A DNA stretch of 64,000 bases from Felis catus (lineage: Eukaryota). The position numbers and the translations under genes are program-made. The notes beneath the pieces are model-generated. The model worked only from the letters and a program-made list of their open reading frames with translations, did no database searches and had not been told where the DNA came from. The stretch is taken from NCBI RefSeq assembly GCF_018350175.1, contig NC_058368.1, forward strand, positions 97,528,001 through 97,592,000. The letters are read 5' to 3'. Positions within the stretch are counted from its first letter, which is position 1. Every line of letters starts with the position of its first letter. Shown one piece after another: positions 23,295 to 36,671 of the stretch.

Positions 23295-25655
23295 GTAAGT
23301 AGATAGACTTTTTTTCTTTGATGACTAAGTATTCATGGTTGAAGAAAGTCCCGTTTTGTCAGTTTATTCGGTATTAGTATTTTTCTGTCTGAAAGCTACT
23401 TCCCATTGCCTAAATTGCAATCTGAATAAGTTATTTTATTTTATAAAATGATTATATTGTTTGATAATTATATATTGCATATGTAGGAGATAAAATAATG
23501 TTTAATTACTACACAGAGAGAATATCAAGTATTTATATATGCAGTAGCCTTGAGAATTTTATAACACATTACAGCATTTAATCCAAAGAAAAGATTTTTT
23601 ATTTTCCTTATATGAATATGTTGAATGTGATTACTAATATTAGATTAAATTTAAGCTTTTATATGACTTACAGAAATTCTCTCTCTTTGACTTACAACCA
23701 TAGTAGCTGCCTAACTAGTGTTTCTTTTACATTCCTTAGTTTTCTACTCAACATCTTCCTCAAAAGTGTCTGTAAGCTACTTATAGAAGAGATATAACCT
23801 TAGATATACAGTAATGTAAGGTCAAAAATTACTCTAATCATTTTCTTCTTTTCTCTTACCTAAATGCTTTACTGCACAATTTTATTTATACACACGTGCA
23901 CACACACACAAATATATATATTTAAGTATGTATATCTTCTTTTTCAAGTATTCCTAATTTTAAAATAATTTTTAAATATTATTTAAGTAAATATTCTATG
24001 GCATTACCCCTGCATTAATCATTTCACCAGTTGTTTCTCCATCATCCTATTCTGTGTCTTTCTTTCTATTTCTCCTAGGTAGTTCCTTTGTCATTCTGCC
24101 CTCATCTTTCCCTGTGTCTTTTGTCTCGTTTCTCTCTTCTACACACCCCCAAACAGTGACTGATTCTGTTGAAGACAAGCAAGTTTGGAAACAGCCCCTT
24201 AGCTAGGCAGTTCTCAGTTCTAATATCTATGTAATATGATATATTACAGCCTCTTTTTTTTTTTTTTTGGATGTATATAAGTAACAAAAAATGAACAATC
24301 ATCCACATATATAAAATCTGTGTTCCACTATATAAGAATAGGGTACCTGTTTAATTTTTATTTCTCCTGATTTATTATTGTTTTACATCTTGCTAAATTT
24401 GTATTTGAGGAACAATACCTTTTGCTTTAAATTGCATTATTTTAAAATGTTGATGAGATTGAACTTTTTCCCATTTGTTTAGTTGTGAATTATCTGTGAC
24501 AATTTTTCCCTGCATTCAAGCTAGCAAGTTAGCTTTCTCAGTTTAACGAATGCTGTAAGAAGACACAGACTCTTGGACCACAGACCATTACAGTTTATTA
24601 CTAATAGCAGAAGTAGTATCCAGGAATATTAGCATTTATGCTCTGGTTCCCTGTGTTCAAATTACCACAGAGTGGCAGGGAGAAGGTCAAATGATAACTG
24701 CACAGAATGGGTTGTGTGTGGTAAGGAAAGGAACATAGAGTTTAGGAAACCTAAATCTCTCTAATGAACATTACATATACCTGCCCTTTGATCTGGAGAG
24801 AGACACTGTAGGTATGTAGCCATCCTCCAGAACAAATAGCAGTCAGTAAGTCGCTCAGAAAAGATGGAGAAATGGAGGGACCCGTAGAGAATTCCTTATC
24901 CATTTATGTCTGGGATATTCATTTTTTTTGTTTTAGTTTGTATTAGCATTTTACATAGTGGAAATATTAACCTTGTTTTCTCTTTGCTGTCAGTATCCTT
25001 TCATTTTCTCTTTTAGAGGTGTATATTTTCAGTTCATAGATGGTTAAAATTTTAGGTCATTTAATCTCACCAGCATTTAATTTATGATTTATTCTGGCAT
25101 ACGTCCCCACTCTTTTTCTACTCCCTGCATCTCTTCTTTGTGACCATTTCTCAAATTGTGTTTTTCTTGTCTAGGACTGAAAAGCTTTAGGTGAAAGTGG
25201 TACTACCTTATTTGAATAATGCACCATTATTTTAGTGTGATGCTCCTTATTTCCCTCACCTTTTTCTACCTTCTAGAGCTTCTGTCTTTTTTCAACAGCT
25301 CCTTCAAATTTCTGAACTGTGTCAAAACCTTGGGGAGATTGTACCATACTAACAAACTGGAAAGACAATGCTGGGAGAAGAAATAAAGTAGTATATGTTT
25401 TACCATGTAGAGGAGGCTTTCTGTTAGATGCTCTTGAATTCTTTGAACATAAACATATCTCCAAGATCAAGCTGAAAATAATTACACTCAAGATTTAATT
25501 ATTAGAATTAATTTTAAAGAGTCATTGGTGAAAATGCTATCTTTTCTATATCTTAAAGTTACCATTTCTAGGGGCTATTTTGTAGTTTCCATTTTCAGAA
25601 GTAGCTCATATGCATGCTTTTTTATTTAAAAGTTACCATATGATTTGTTTTTCAG

Positions 25656-25777
25656 GCAAATAGAAACTGCATAGCAATTGCTTCAAGCCATGATGTTCAA
25701 GAGCTGGATGTTTCTGGAATTCTGGCTACACAGATCTATACTTGGGTAGATGATGATACTGAAATGGAAAACAAAGG
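25656..25777 (+). CDS. DMXL1: DMXL1 coding exon: ANRNCIAIASSHDVQELDVSGILATQIYTWVDDDTEMENK(G)
   Basis: tttttcAG acceptor, GG|GTACTT donor; 122 nt, phase 0 to 2. Confidence 0.93.
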
Positions 25778-26145
25778 GTACTTTTATACTTTGTTTTTAT
25801 TCAGTAACATTGTGTTAAAAATGATGATATCCACAGGACTGTAACTTTCAAAAGATATTTAGAGGAATATTCCTAGATTGTAAATACAGTGGTTGCCAAT
25901 ATGCAAAAGAGTGCAAAGGGGGTGGCAGGAACTTTAAAGAAAGGAATTGAGAGTTGGAAGAGAATAAAGTGAGAGGACCTAAAATTGTTCACATATGAAC
26001 TTACTGTCTTTGAGTTGGGGGTTAAGAGCTGAAGAAAATTAATTTTGGAGGGAAATAGAAAATCATATATTAGAGCTTTCATGTATAACAGAAGAAATGA
26101 AGAACTGATGGGATTGCTTTCATTCCGGTTGACATTCTTTTGTAG

Positions 26146-26287
26146 ATCAGAAGATTTCTTGGTTATACATGCTCGGGATGATTTAACAGCTGTGCAAGGT
26201 ACAACCCCATATACACACAGCAATCCCGGCACTCCGATAAATATGCCATGGCTTGGAAGTACACAGACCGGCAGAGGAGCCTCTGTG
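26146..26287 (+). CDS. DMXL1: DMXL1 coding exon: SEDFLVIHARDDLTAVQGTTPYTHSNPGTPINMPWLGSTQTGRGASV
   Basis: ttttgtAG acceptor, GTG|GTACGT donor; 142 nt, phase 2 to 0. Confidence 0.94.
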
Positions 26288-26567
26288 GTACGTCAAGTTA
26301 AAAATGTGGTGCATAAATGTCCTTTTTTCCCTTCTAGCTTAATAGAATAGGGGTGATCTAAACATATTTTTGAAAAATTCCCAACTTTTTAGTAAGTCAT
26401 AATTGCTGGAAATTATAAATTTTGATTATGAAGAACAACATGTTTCCTCTTGAAAAAGATAAGAAAATGATTTTAAATAAAATACAGAGAGTTGCGTTTT
26501 ACATAATTATTTGGAACTTACTGGTACACATCAGCCTCAGCAAGCTAAGATCTAGGGTCAAATCCTG

Positions 26568-26814
26568 CTTTTTTTTTTTCTTCAACTTTTTTTCAACCTT
26601 TTTTAAAAACTTTTTTTTAAACATTTATTTATTATTGAGAGACAGAGAGACGCAGGGGACGGGTACACAGAGGGGGAGACACAGAATCCGAAGTAGGCTC
26701 CAGGCTCTGAGGTGTCAGCACAGAGCCCGATGTGGGGCTCGAAGTCACAAACTGCGAGATCATGACCTGAGCCGAAGTCGGTGGCTTAACCGACTGAGCC
26801 CCCCAGATGCCCCT
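26568..26814 (-). mobile_element. Can-SINE
   Basis: TSD gggtcaaatcctgcttt on both sides. Confidence 0.93.
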
Positions 26815-28364
26815 GGGTCAAATCCTGCTTTACCAGCTGTTTCTGTATAGACAGCCTGCTTAAGGATAGTGTTTACATTTTTCAGTGCTACAGGAAGAAT
26901 CAAAAGAAGAGTGGTATTTTGTGACACATAAAAATGATATGAAATTAGATTTCATTGTCTATAAGTAAAGTTTTATTGGAACATAGCCACAGTAATTTGT
27001 TTATATTTTGTCTGAGGATTTTCTTGAGCCCTGAGTAAGATGTGATCCATGTGTAAACCTCCATGAGATTCTTTTATTAATACTTAATGATACATAGAGT
27101 CAGAGAAACCCAGCACCAGTAATTCTTTCAGTGGCTCTCTGGGGGTGAGGTTATTTTCAGTTTCCTCATTCCTACAGTATTCTTTCCTTGGCCTCCCCCA
27201 CCAAACTTTTTTACTAAGGGTAATTATTTAAGTAAAGGCTTAATCATCTTTAATAATACCTGACAGTGTTTTATATTCATGTAGTTCTGTCAGTCATATA
27301 ACCTTATTTTTTGTCATATAACCCTTTTATTCTTTGAGGTATCTGTTGAGATGGCTGTTATAACTACTCCTGCTTACCATTTTTTAGATGAAGGTTGAGT
27401 TCCAAGAAGGTCTAGTGATTTAACTTAGGTCATTATCTCAAATCTGTGGTAGAGCTTATTATATTAAAGTCTTCTGTTCCTCTTAGCCCGTGGATTTCAG
27501 GTAGGAATGTTTTAAGTATTGAAGAATTTGAAAAGCAATATAGTAATTATTCAAATCAAATGACTTGGTCATTTATAGTTCATTTTTTTCAACTGACAGA
27601 TATATTAAAATACATTAATTATAAAACTTACTGATATTACCATCTTTTAAAGGGAAACTTAAAGAGAATATACAAAATATAGACATAAAAGACCATTTTT
27701 CCAACTCCAGTTTCAGACAATGTATTACAGCTTTTCCTGTAACAGATTTCTTGCTGGTCTCTGATTCCATACTTGCTCCCTCTGTTCTGTATATAGCGGC
27801 CAGAGTTGGTGTTTCCTAAGCATCATTTAGGTTGTCACTCCACTGTTTATTTTACTTGTTTGATTGATTTTTAAGTAGGCTCCATCCCTATTGTGGGGTT
27901 TGAACTCACGACCCGGAGATTAAGAGTCACGTGCTCTCTTACTCCGGTGTTTAAAACTTTCAAATTTCCTGGTACAGCTTTAAAAAAACAAGTCCCTAAC
28001 ATGGCACTAAGGTCCTGTGTGTTTCGACCCCTGCCAGCTTCTGCAGCCTCATCCTCTGTTCACTCCATACCTGATTCACTTTGCTTTGCTTACAGTGGCC
28101 TTGTCTCCATCTCTGGAAGCATGAAGTGCACTGCCCTGTCCACAGCCTTTGCCATGCTTGCTGCTTCATATACTCTTTTTTCTTTTTGACCTTTCAGATC
28201 TCAACTCACATTCCCAGAAATTTCCCTTGCTTCCTTAGTGACAGCATCTGCTCCTCTCTCCCCTCCCCGTAGTCACTCAGTATCATATTATCCCATTTTA
28301 TCATATTTATGGCCTTTATCAGTTTTGAAATTATCTGTTTATTATTTAGTTGACTTTTTTGGGT

Positions 28365-28570
28365 AACGTTTATTTATTTAGTTTGAGAGTGAGCATGTGA
28401 ACAGGGGAGAGGCAGAGAGGGGGGTGGAGAAGAAGACAGAGAATCCCAAGCAGGTTCCGCTGTGTCAGTGCATAGCCTGACGTGGGGCTCGAACAAAGGA
28501 ATCGTGAGATCATGACCTGAGCCGACATCAAGAGTCAGATGTTTAGGCCATTGAGTCACCCCAGCAGCCT
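28365..28570 (-). mobile_element. Can-SINE
   Basis: agagaatcccaagcagg...gagatcatgacctgagccga. Confidence 0.9.
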
Positions 28571-29943
28571 TTTCTTTCGTTGTCTTTTTTAATGGTGTAA
28601 GTTCCCTGAGAGATTACATTATGCCTCCCTTAGACACTGATGATCTCTAACCAGAATAGTGTTTAACATATAGTCAGTGCTCAGAAAATACTTGTTTATA
28701 CTCCAAAGCATTATAATACAGAAATTTACCTTTGTCATTCCTGTTAGGACTGAATTTTCTTTCTGTCTGCATCTTACAAGGACATGTTTTTAATGGAGAT
28801 GATCGTGATTTGTAAGCATAATGAGCTGAACGAGCCCCACGTCATTAAGTAAAAGACCCAGTATAATACAATGGTTGTTTTTTATATGGATCTTCTAAAA
28901 TAAGTAACAATTTATTTCCTTTGTAATGTTCTGTACATGCTCTGAGAGATTTTTTAAACCTCTGTTTATGTATTTTTTTACTTATGGTTTTTCTTGGATA
29001 CTTTAGTCGAAGGAAAAAGAACAGGAGTATTTAAGCATTTCTTAATTAAAAGGAACATGAGATTTCAACACGAAATTTACTAAACAAAAGAAACATTCAG
29101 CAAGTTTTCTTTTTTTGTGGAGGATTAATAAAATATTTTCTTTACTGATTTATTCAATTACAAATTCGAACAAAAAAGAATAGTTGTCATGACCAACTTC
29201 TGCTTTGGGAATATAATCACAACCATAAACACCTTTTAGTGTTTGTGTCCTTCACCATTTGTGCTGTCCTGCTCTCTTCCCTCCCTACCAAATCCCCACT
29301 TTACTCACAACTTCAGTGTAATGGGAAGTTTAAAATTCACAAGACAACAACAAAAAAATCTACTCAAGACTGATGCTACAAACCTAGGATAGCATATAAT
29401 TATACTTATAGTGCTATATAAATAGGAATTGTTCTATTAATTAAAATTATCCCTTTAATTTTGCATATTTATTCTTATTTGACAGGCTACTTAAATCATT
29501 CAAAGCATGACTTAAAAATGGGTAACTAAACAATTCCAAACTAGCAATTAAAAATTTGTACAATTTCTGTTTACCTCTTTTTTTTTTTTCACATGCTTCT
29601 GCCTGTCTTTTTAACCTTATACTATTCAGGATTATTCCAATAAATTTAATGGGATCAGAAAAGAATTGGCAAGAAAGGAGGTAAGAGTAAATTCTCAAGG
29701 TGAATTTGTTCTTAGAGCCTTGTCAGTGATGCAGAAAATGTATGTATACTTAAATGTAAGAGAGCTGAGCTATTAAGTTTAATTTCTGCTAACCGTGCTT
29801 GGTATTTTTAGCACCCATAATGGTAGTTATGGAATCACATAAAAATAAATAAATAGATGTTATTTGAATTTCCTGTCACAATTTGTATCTTTAATACTAC
29901 TTTTTAGCATAACTATAGAAGAACAATTTTTCTTTCTTAACAG

Positions 29944-30004
29944 ATGATTAAGAAAGCCATTAATAATGTCAGAAGAATGACTTCTCATCCAACTCTTCCG
30001 TACT
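29944..30004 (+). CDS. DMXL1: DMXL1 coding exon: MIKKAINNVRRMTSHPTLPY(Y)
   Basis: ttcttaacAG acceptor, ACT|GTAAGT donor; 61 nt, phase 0 to 1. Confidence 0.93.
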
Positions 30005-31512
30005 GTAAGTTGATCGTAATTAGCCCATGTTCTAAGCAGTTTAAAGGAAGCTTTTAGTTTCAATTGAAAGATAGTCAAGTATTTTACTTTTTTTGTAGAG
30101 AATGTGTGCTAGTAAATAAAATCTTCATTTCAAAATTAGATAAAAATAGAAAAAGAAATTTTCTGGAATTAATAGAGAAGGCTAACTTGATGCAGTAAAT
30201 TTTTACCATTTTGACTGCGTATTTCTAAGTTAGCACATTTTATTTTTGAACATTACTGGTTATTATTTTAATAGGATCACTCCCATATTTTATTAAGTAA
30301 ATTAGAATGATATTGTGGTCACTTATTGCCTCATCATAATCAGTTTGTATTTTATTAATATTTTGTCCATTTGCCTTTTATCAGACACACTAATTAATAG
30401 TAGGCATAGGAAATGGTTAGTCGTAAGTTCTTATACTCTCAGGCAGGATATGTTATTTTCAGTTAATTATTTCAGTTATAGTAATAAGCATAGTGCATGT
30501 TAATTAAGAGGTATTCATGTCCCTTCAACTTAATAACATATAAAAAAATTTTACGACTTTTTTTTATGAGAGATACTCTGATAAAGTACAGTTGACAAAA
30601 CCAGTGTCCTTTTCTTCTTCACTGTTCTAAGTGCCACAAGCACCTGTTTTCCAAATTATATACCATATGTAACAAAAGGATTCAAGGGTTTATATTTAAA
30701 ATGAAGAGAGTAACTTTTGTTACTTATACTAAAGGTATAAAATAATCTAAAAATTAATCAGTGTTTTTAATACATTGGATACCACCTTACCACTGATAAT
30801 TATACTTAACATAAATTGAGTCCTACATGTTAGGCATATTTCTAAATGATGTATATGGTTTATCTCATTTCCTTCTAACAACTGTCCATTAACTTATATA
30901 TCATTATTCCCCTTTTACAGGACAATATGAAATAGGCTCAGGGAGATTAAATAAGGTTCCTAGCATCACCAAATTAGGAATTGGCAAAGTAAAGAATTAA
31001 TAATTATTTAGCTTATTCATATTCCTCAGTGAAACATACAACATATATTTGAGCTATCCGGTCAGTCAGAATAAGTGTTAGAAGTGATATCTTTCTTTAC
31101 CATGCATGACGTTCAAGGCTTCCTATAATCTTTTTTTTCCCACAGAAAATGTATGCATTTAAACATTAATAGTATGACTGATAAGAAATGACTCATTTGT
31201 ACACCCAAGAATTTGTTAACTGGTTATTGTACAAAGTATTTATTAAAGGCTGTTAAAACCTCTTTGAGATAATTTCAAAAGGAATAAAATTCTTAGAGGT
31301 CTGATTTAATTGCTTCTGCCATGTAGTGTTTAGTCAAATGAAAGTCATCATAAAACTGTTTTTAAGATTCAAAATATTCAATTGAAATTTCATAACAATT
31401 GACTGTGATTTATTTCATAGGTGTCTCTGTCATAAAGGTTTGCACATTGGATTCACAAATTAACTTACCAAAGATTCCTGTAATAAATTGACAATATTTG
31501 TCCTTTTTGCAG

Positions 31513-31640
31513 ATCTGACAGGAGCTCAAGATGGAAGTGTCAGAATGTTTGAATGGGGCCATTCTCAACAAATAACCTGTTTTCGATCTGGTGGCAATTC
31601 AAGAGTTACAAGAATGAGATTTAACTATCAAGGAAACAAG
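31513..31640 (+). CDS. DMXL1: DMXL1 coding exon (WD40): LTGAQDGSVRMFEWGHSQQITCFRSGGNSRVTRMRFNYQGNK
   Basis: tttttgcAG acceptor, AAG|GTAGCA donor; 128 nt; WD40-type TGAQDGSVRMFEW motif. Confidence 0.95.
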
Positions 31641-31827
31641 GTAGCATATGAAAATGTAAATGGGAATATGGTTTGATTATGTTGGAGGTTTATAAATGTT
31701 ACTAGTCTGGGTTTCTGAAGAGAACAGCTCAGTGAACTTATGATAAAGTGTTAATCCATGTGAATTCTGTTTCATAAAATTCTTCCCCAAGAACACTTAA
31801 TGTTCAGTTGGTTCTTTCTGGAACAAC

Positions 31828-31829
<2 letters not shown>

Positions 31830-31872
<43 letters not shown>
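31830..31872. repeat. (GT)n microsatellite
   Basis: Read directly from the sequence. Confidence 0.97.
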
Positions 31873-31875
<3 letters not shown>

Positions 31876-32160
31876 AGTGTATGTGTATGTCTGTATATAT
31901 ATCCATTAAAATTCACTTAAGTGATGCTTAAGGACCAAATGATTATAGGACCACCATATATTACACATTTTTTATAAAATACTTGTACTTTCTTTGTCCT
32001 CTGGAACCTAATCAAAGTACGGACAAGTAGTGAGTAAAATCTGGGGGCTTATTAAAAATACAGATTACTTTACTGCAGACCTACTGAATCGCTATCTGCG
32101 TTTTAATCAGATTCTTTTGTGATTTATACCTACATTAAACTTTTGAGGAATGCTTTAGAA

Positions 32161-32350
32161 CAGGGCATCAACAAATTATGACCTAGCCATATGTTTTGTA
32201 AATAAAGTTTTACTGGAACACAGCTACCTCACTCATTATTTGTTTTCATGACTACTTTTCTACTACAACAGTGGAGTTCAGGAAAGCAAAGACTTTATAG
32301 ATAGCAAGCCTACTATATGCCCCTTTAAGAAAAAGTTTGCCGGCCCTGCT
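32161..32350 (-). mobile_element. MER58A-like element (preceded by a MER5-like fragment)
   Basis: cagggcatcaacaaatta...tttgtaaataaagttttactggaacacagc...aaaagtttgccggcccctg. Confidence 0.7.
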
Positions 32351-33029
32351 ATAGAACTTCTACTGTCTTCACTTCACACAGTCCTGTTTTCATCTGACTG
32401 CCTCTCTGCTCCCCTTGCATCTCACTGTCCCTTTAAACAACAATTAAAGGAGAAGTCGGGCTGCTCTTCATCTTCAGAGCCATGCTTCACAGAAAACACA
32501 CAGGGGCCTCTCAGATGGGCCATCTTGCTTTTCCTTTCCTCTCAACTTACAAACCTTCAACCCCCCTCGTGTGTTGCTCGTATCATGGTGCGGCGCAGTC
32601 TTTTTGCCTACCATATTCATCACTTAGCTCTCTTACCATTTCACAAAAGTCAATGATAATTTTTTCATGTAGCTATGAGACAAAGTTTGAGAGAATGTGG
32701 ATTCTTAATATCAATTAGCAACGTTCTTTACCCTTTAATGGGAAATCGAGGGTACTTAATCTAGAAGCTTTTAGAGTACTACTGTAATTTCATTTGTGTA
32801 ATGTATACTCGTGCTTTTTTATTTTGTTACTATTATATTGCTCCTTAACTAGTCCCTGTACCTCAACCCTTACCTTTCTAATGCATCTTTCATGATGCCA
32901 GCACGACATCATTTGTTATTCCATAACAAATAACATAGTTACATAATTACATTATAAGGGAGATGAACATGACTGTTCAAGAGCCTTTCAAGGCTCCTTA
33001 TTATATATGAAGCCAATATTCTGTTAAAA

Positions 33030-33239
33030 AAATTTTTTTAACGTTTATTTATTTTTGAGACAGAGACAGAGCATGAATGGGGGGAGGGTCAGAGAGAGAG
33101 GGAGACACAGAATCAGAAGCAGGCTCCAGGTTCTGAGCTGTCAGCACAGAGCCCGACGCGGGGCTTGAACTCACGGACTGCGAGATCACCGCCTGAGCTG
33201 AAGTCGGACGCTTAACCAACTGAGCCACCCAGGCGCCCC
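33030..33239 (-). mobile_element. Can-SINE
   Basis: TSD tgaagccaatattct at ~33008 and 33240. Confidence 0.93.
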
Positions 33240-33664
33240 TGAAGCCAATATTCTTTACCTTGCCGTTTAGTACCTTCTACAGTCTGAATTATTCTATAGA
33301 CTTAACACTCATTATAGCCTTCCACTTAACACTCAGTATAGCCTTCCACATACTCTATTTTAAAGCACAGAAAACTGTTTTCCATTGCCTACCCGAGTAT
33401 ATTTAACAGTCAACTTACCATTCATTTACCTTGGCCATGATGGAGCTAAATAGCATAACAACTAAGCATGCTATCTCCCTTAGTAGGGAAGGCTACTACA
33501 GTAAATAGAACAGATGACAGTAATGCTGATCAGTTTGTCAATTGTGAACAGAAATGGGCTACCAGAATTCATTGAGCCTAAAATAGGCATTAAGCAGAGT
33601 AAATGACCTGTGAGAAACAATTTTCAGGAAGATACTACATTCTTTTTTATTATTCAAAAAAAAA

Positions 33665-33879
33665 ATTTTTTTTTTTAATGTTTATTTACTTGTGAGAGTG
33701 AGAGAAACAGAGCATGAGCAGGGGAGGGGCAGAGAGAGAGGGAGACACAGAATCCAAAGCAGGCTCCAGGCTCCGAGCTGTGAGCACAGAGCCCGATGAG
33801 GGGCTCAAACCCATGAGCTGTGAGATCGTGACGTGAGCCAAAGTTGGATGGCTAACCAACTGAGCCACCCAGGTGCCCC
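33665..33879 (-). mobile_element. Can-SINE
   Basis: Poly-T tail and gccacccaggtgcccc end. Confidence 0.92.
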
Positions 33880-34864
33880 TTCATCTGCCAATTTTAAATG
33901 ATGTCATTTGATAAAGCTTTCCCATTTCTAGATACATATTGTATGTAAATACTCAAAGATATATGTATCAGAATATTTAAAGCAGCACTTTGTAATCAGG
34001 AAAATTAGAAACTATAAGGGAGAAGTTTTCAAAAGTTATAATACAACTATATAGTGTAATACAGCACAAGAATGAAGTAGATTAAATGTACTGATGTGAA
34101 AAGATGGCCATAATAAGTCAAAAATGTAATTGTGGAATTGTGTATTTGTTATTATTTTAATTTTTTTTATAAAACCCTATATGTGTGCATGTTTGAATAA
34201 TCAGAGAATAAATCTGAAATGGAACACCTCAGATTGTTAATAGTTGCCAGATATGGACATGGGAGAAGGCAGGAGTTCAGAATAGACATTTATTTTATAA
34301 ACTGTTCAGTAAACATTATTTTTGTAATCTAAAGAAAAAAATGTTTACTCTTATTCATCCTTCTAGATTTGTGACATATACTTCCCCATTGTATAATTTT
34401 GACATTTTCCCTCTGAAATTACCTTGAGTTTCCATAGTAGGAATTCATTTACTGTAAAAATCTGTGTTTCATTTTACTTTCTACTGTTGTTTGCATGTTT
34501 TCCTTGCTGAATATTCTAGAAGTCCTTATTTTGTCTTTTTGAAAATGAACAGTTTTCTATTTTATATATCCTAAAAGTTTGTTGTCACATGTCTTAATGT
34601 GTAAATCCAGTATCCTATTTTTTGAGTACTTTTAGAGAATATATAGACTATGCTCTTGGTTAGTATAATACAATGTGTCTGTTTGTTTCTTCTGTGTCAC
34701 CTGGAATTTTTTTTTAAGCAGCAGCTAAATGTTTTTCTGGACTAGATCCATGCATAGGTGAAGTAAAAGTCAATTTATCAATTAAATGTTAAAGATCAAA
34801 ATAGATTCACAGTGAAGGTATGGGTAGATATACTTAATACTTAAAAAAATTTTTTTTCTCTAAG

Positions 34865-34957
34865 TTTGGAATAGTTGATGCTGATGGATATTTAAGCCTG
34901 TATCAGACAAACTGGAAATGTTGTCCAGTAACTGGAAGCATGCCTAAGCCATACCTG
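34865..34957 (+). CDS. DMXL1: DMXL1 coding exon: FGIVDADGYLSLYQTNWKCCPVTGSMPKPYL
   Basis: ttttctctaAG acceptor, CTG|GTAAGC donor; 93 nt, phase 0/0. Confidence 0.93.
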
Positions 34958-36287
34958 GTAAGCCAAATTTTCTTACCTTTAAACTTTGTTCAATTTTTAT
35001 TTTAAGGAAAACAAGAATATATGTTTGAGGCAATACATATTAAAGCCAAAATGTAGTTCTGTGTATTCAGTCACTTTACTGTAAACTCCTGTCCTTGTAT
35101 TATGTGAAAATTAATCTGTGAGGTCTTGGTCTCTAGTGCCTTGGACAATTAACGTGTATAGAACAAACATGGTACCTCCGGAGGCTCATGTGACCTGTGG
35201 GTTACTCAAGCCCTTTTCCAGCCTCACTGAGCTGCAGTAAAGATTATACCTAAAAAGAGTGATCATCAGATCATCAGTCTGTGGTTTTTCTGCAATTGGT
35301 CCTCTATGAACAAAGTAGAAAGGATATGTTATAGCTGGTACTATTATTTTCTTGTCTATGTCTTTGGAAAAAAGAAAAGAAAGAAACAACTGATGATCTC
35401 TATTCAGGACTGCACAAGCTTCATGAACCTCCTGTAGCTCCACAGAGCAATGAGTTTGGGGGCAAAAAAAAACCCACTGAGTTTGTATTTAATATATTCT
35501 TTAGTGAAGCCCTTTATAGGACTAAGCAGTACCTATTTAAAAAAATCAAGAAATGGGTGAAGGTTCTGGTAATTCACTCAAGGTTATATTCTGGAATACA
35601 GTACCGATCTAAGTAAAAGCAAGCAAAGCAGAGAGGGCTGGTGAGGTATTTCAAAAGAATTTTTTTCTTTTTTAAAGAAAACCAACATAAGGTTTAAATA
35701 TGTAAATTTACATTCCCTAAGGGGCTGCCTTTTTTTTTTTTTTAACATCTAAAAAGATAAATTGGATTGAAAATGTACATTATTGGCTTTGTGGGGTTAA
35801 AGTACATTTTGTTTGTTTTAAGGACATATGATCATCCAGCTCCAGTGATGGTCAGATGGAATGGGGAAGTGACTCAAAGGAAAAATATTTGATGTGATAA
35901 TTTTGACATACTTAAGTCATTTTTGATTGAAGAGAAATATCTGAACACATAAAACTTGGAAGACTTTATAATTTGCTAAACCTCTCATATTAAGTCACTG
36001 TTACTGGAATATTCAGAAACGTAAATTTTCTGAATTTGTTGACTCTTAATATGTTTTTATTCACATATTTGAAAAATTATTTAAAAGCTTAAATATTTCT
36101 GAAAATTCATTCTCAGATAATCTAAAATTCTGGGTTTTTTCTAAGAGACAAATTTTCACAAATATTCTAAGAAATATTTAACGTTTAACCTCCTTTTGTT
36201 TTCTTTTTAACTTTTAGATGAACAAAAGCAAAAGGTCTTATAAGAATTTATAATGCAGCTTATTTATATGGTCCAGGGAAAGTGCAC

Positions 36288-36288
<1 letters not shown>

Positions 36289-36328
<40 letters not shown>
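36289..36328. repeat. (GA)n microsatellite followed by GGA-rich tract
   Basis: Read directly from the sequence. Confidence 0.97.
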
Positions 36329-36331
<3 letters not shown>

Positions 36332-36579
36332 GAGGAGGGAAAGAGGAGGAGGGACAAAACAAATGTGGCAAAATGTTAAAAATTGGTGAATCTTGGTAAA
36401 GAGTATATGAGAATTCTCTGTTTTACTCTTGAAACTTATCTACAAGTTCAGGGTGAAAAAAAGATACAAGGGGATTTAAGTAAGCCACACATTATATGAT
36501 CCCTTTTGGTGAATGCATCCACTTGGTTATAAAATTGTTACTGACAGCAGTAACATTTGTTTCTTCATAACCATTCCAG

Positions 36580-36671
36580 ACCTGGCAGTGTCATAACAAA
36601 ACAGCCAATGATTTTGTCTTCGTTAGTTCCTCCTCTTTGATAGCTACAGCTGGTCTTTCAACTGACAATAG
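36580..36671 (+). CDS. DMXL1: DMXL1 coding exon: TWQCHNKTANDFVFVSSSSLIATAGLSTDN(R)
   Basis: ccattccAG acceptor, TAG|GTAAGA donor; 92 nt, phase 0 to 2. Confidence 0.93.

Noticed and set aside
35186..35443. 85-aa minus-strand ORF in an intron
   Set aside because: Non-ATG start, no recognisable homology or splice context
35385..35485. Possible intronic C/D-box snoRNA (TGATGA ... CTGA with aaac/gttt ends)
   Set aside because: The C box lacks the leading purine, there is an internal A-run, and I recognise no rRNA or snRNA antisense element; likely chance
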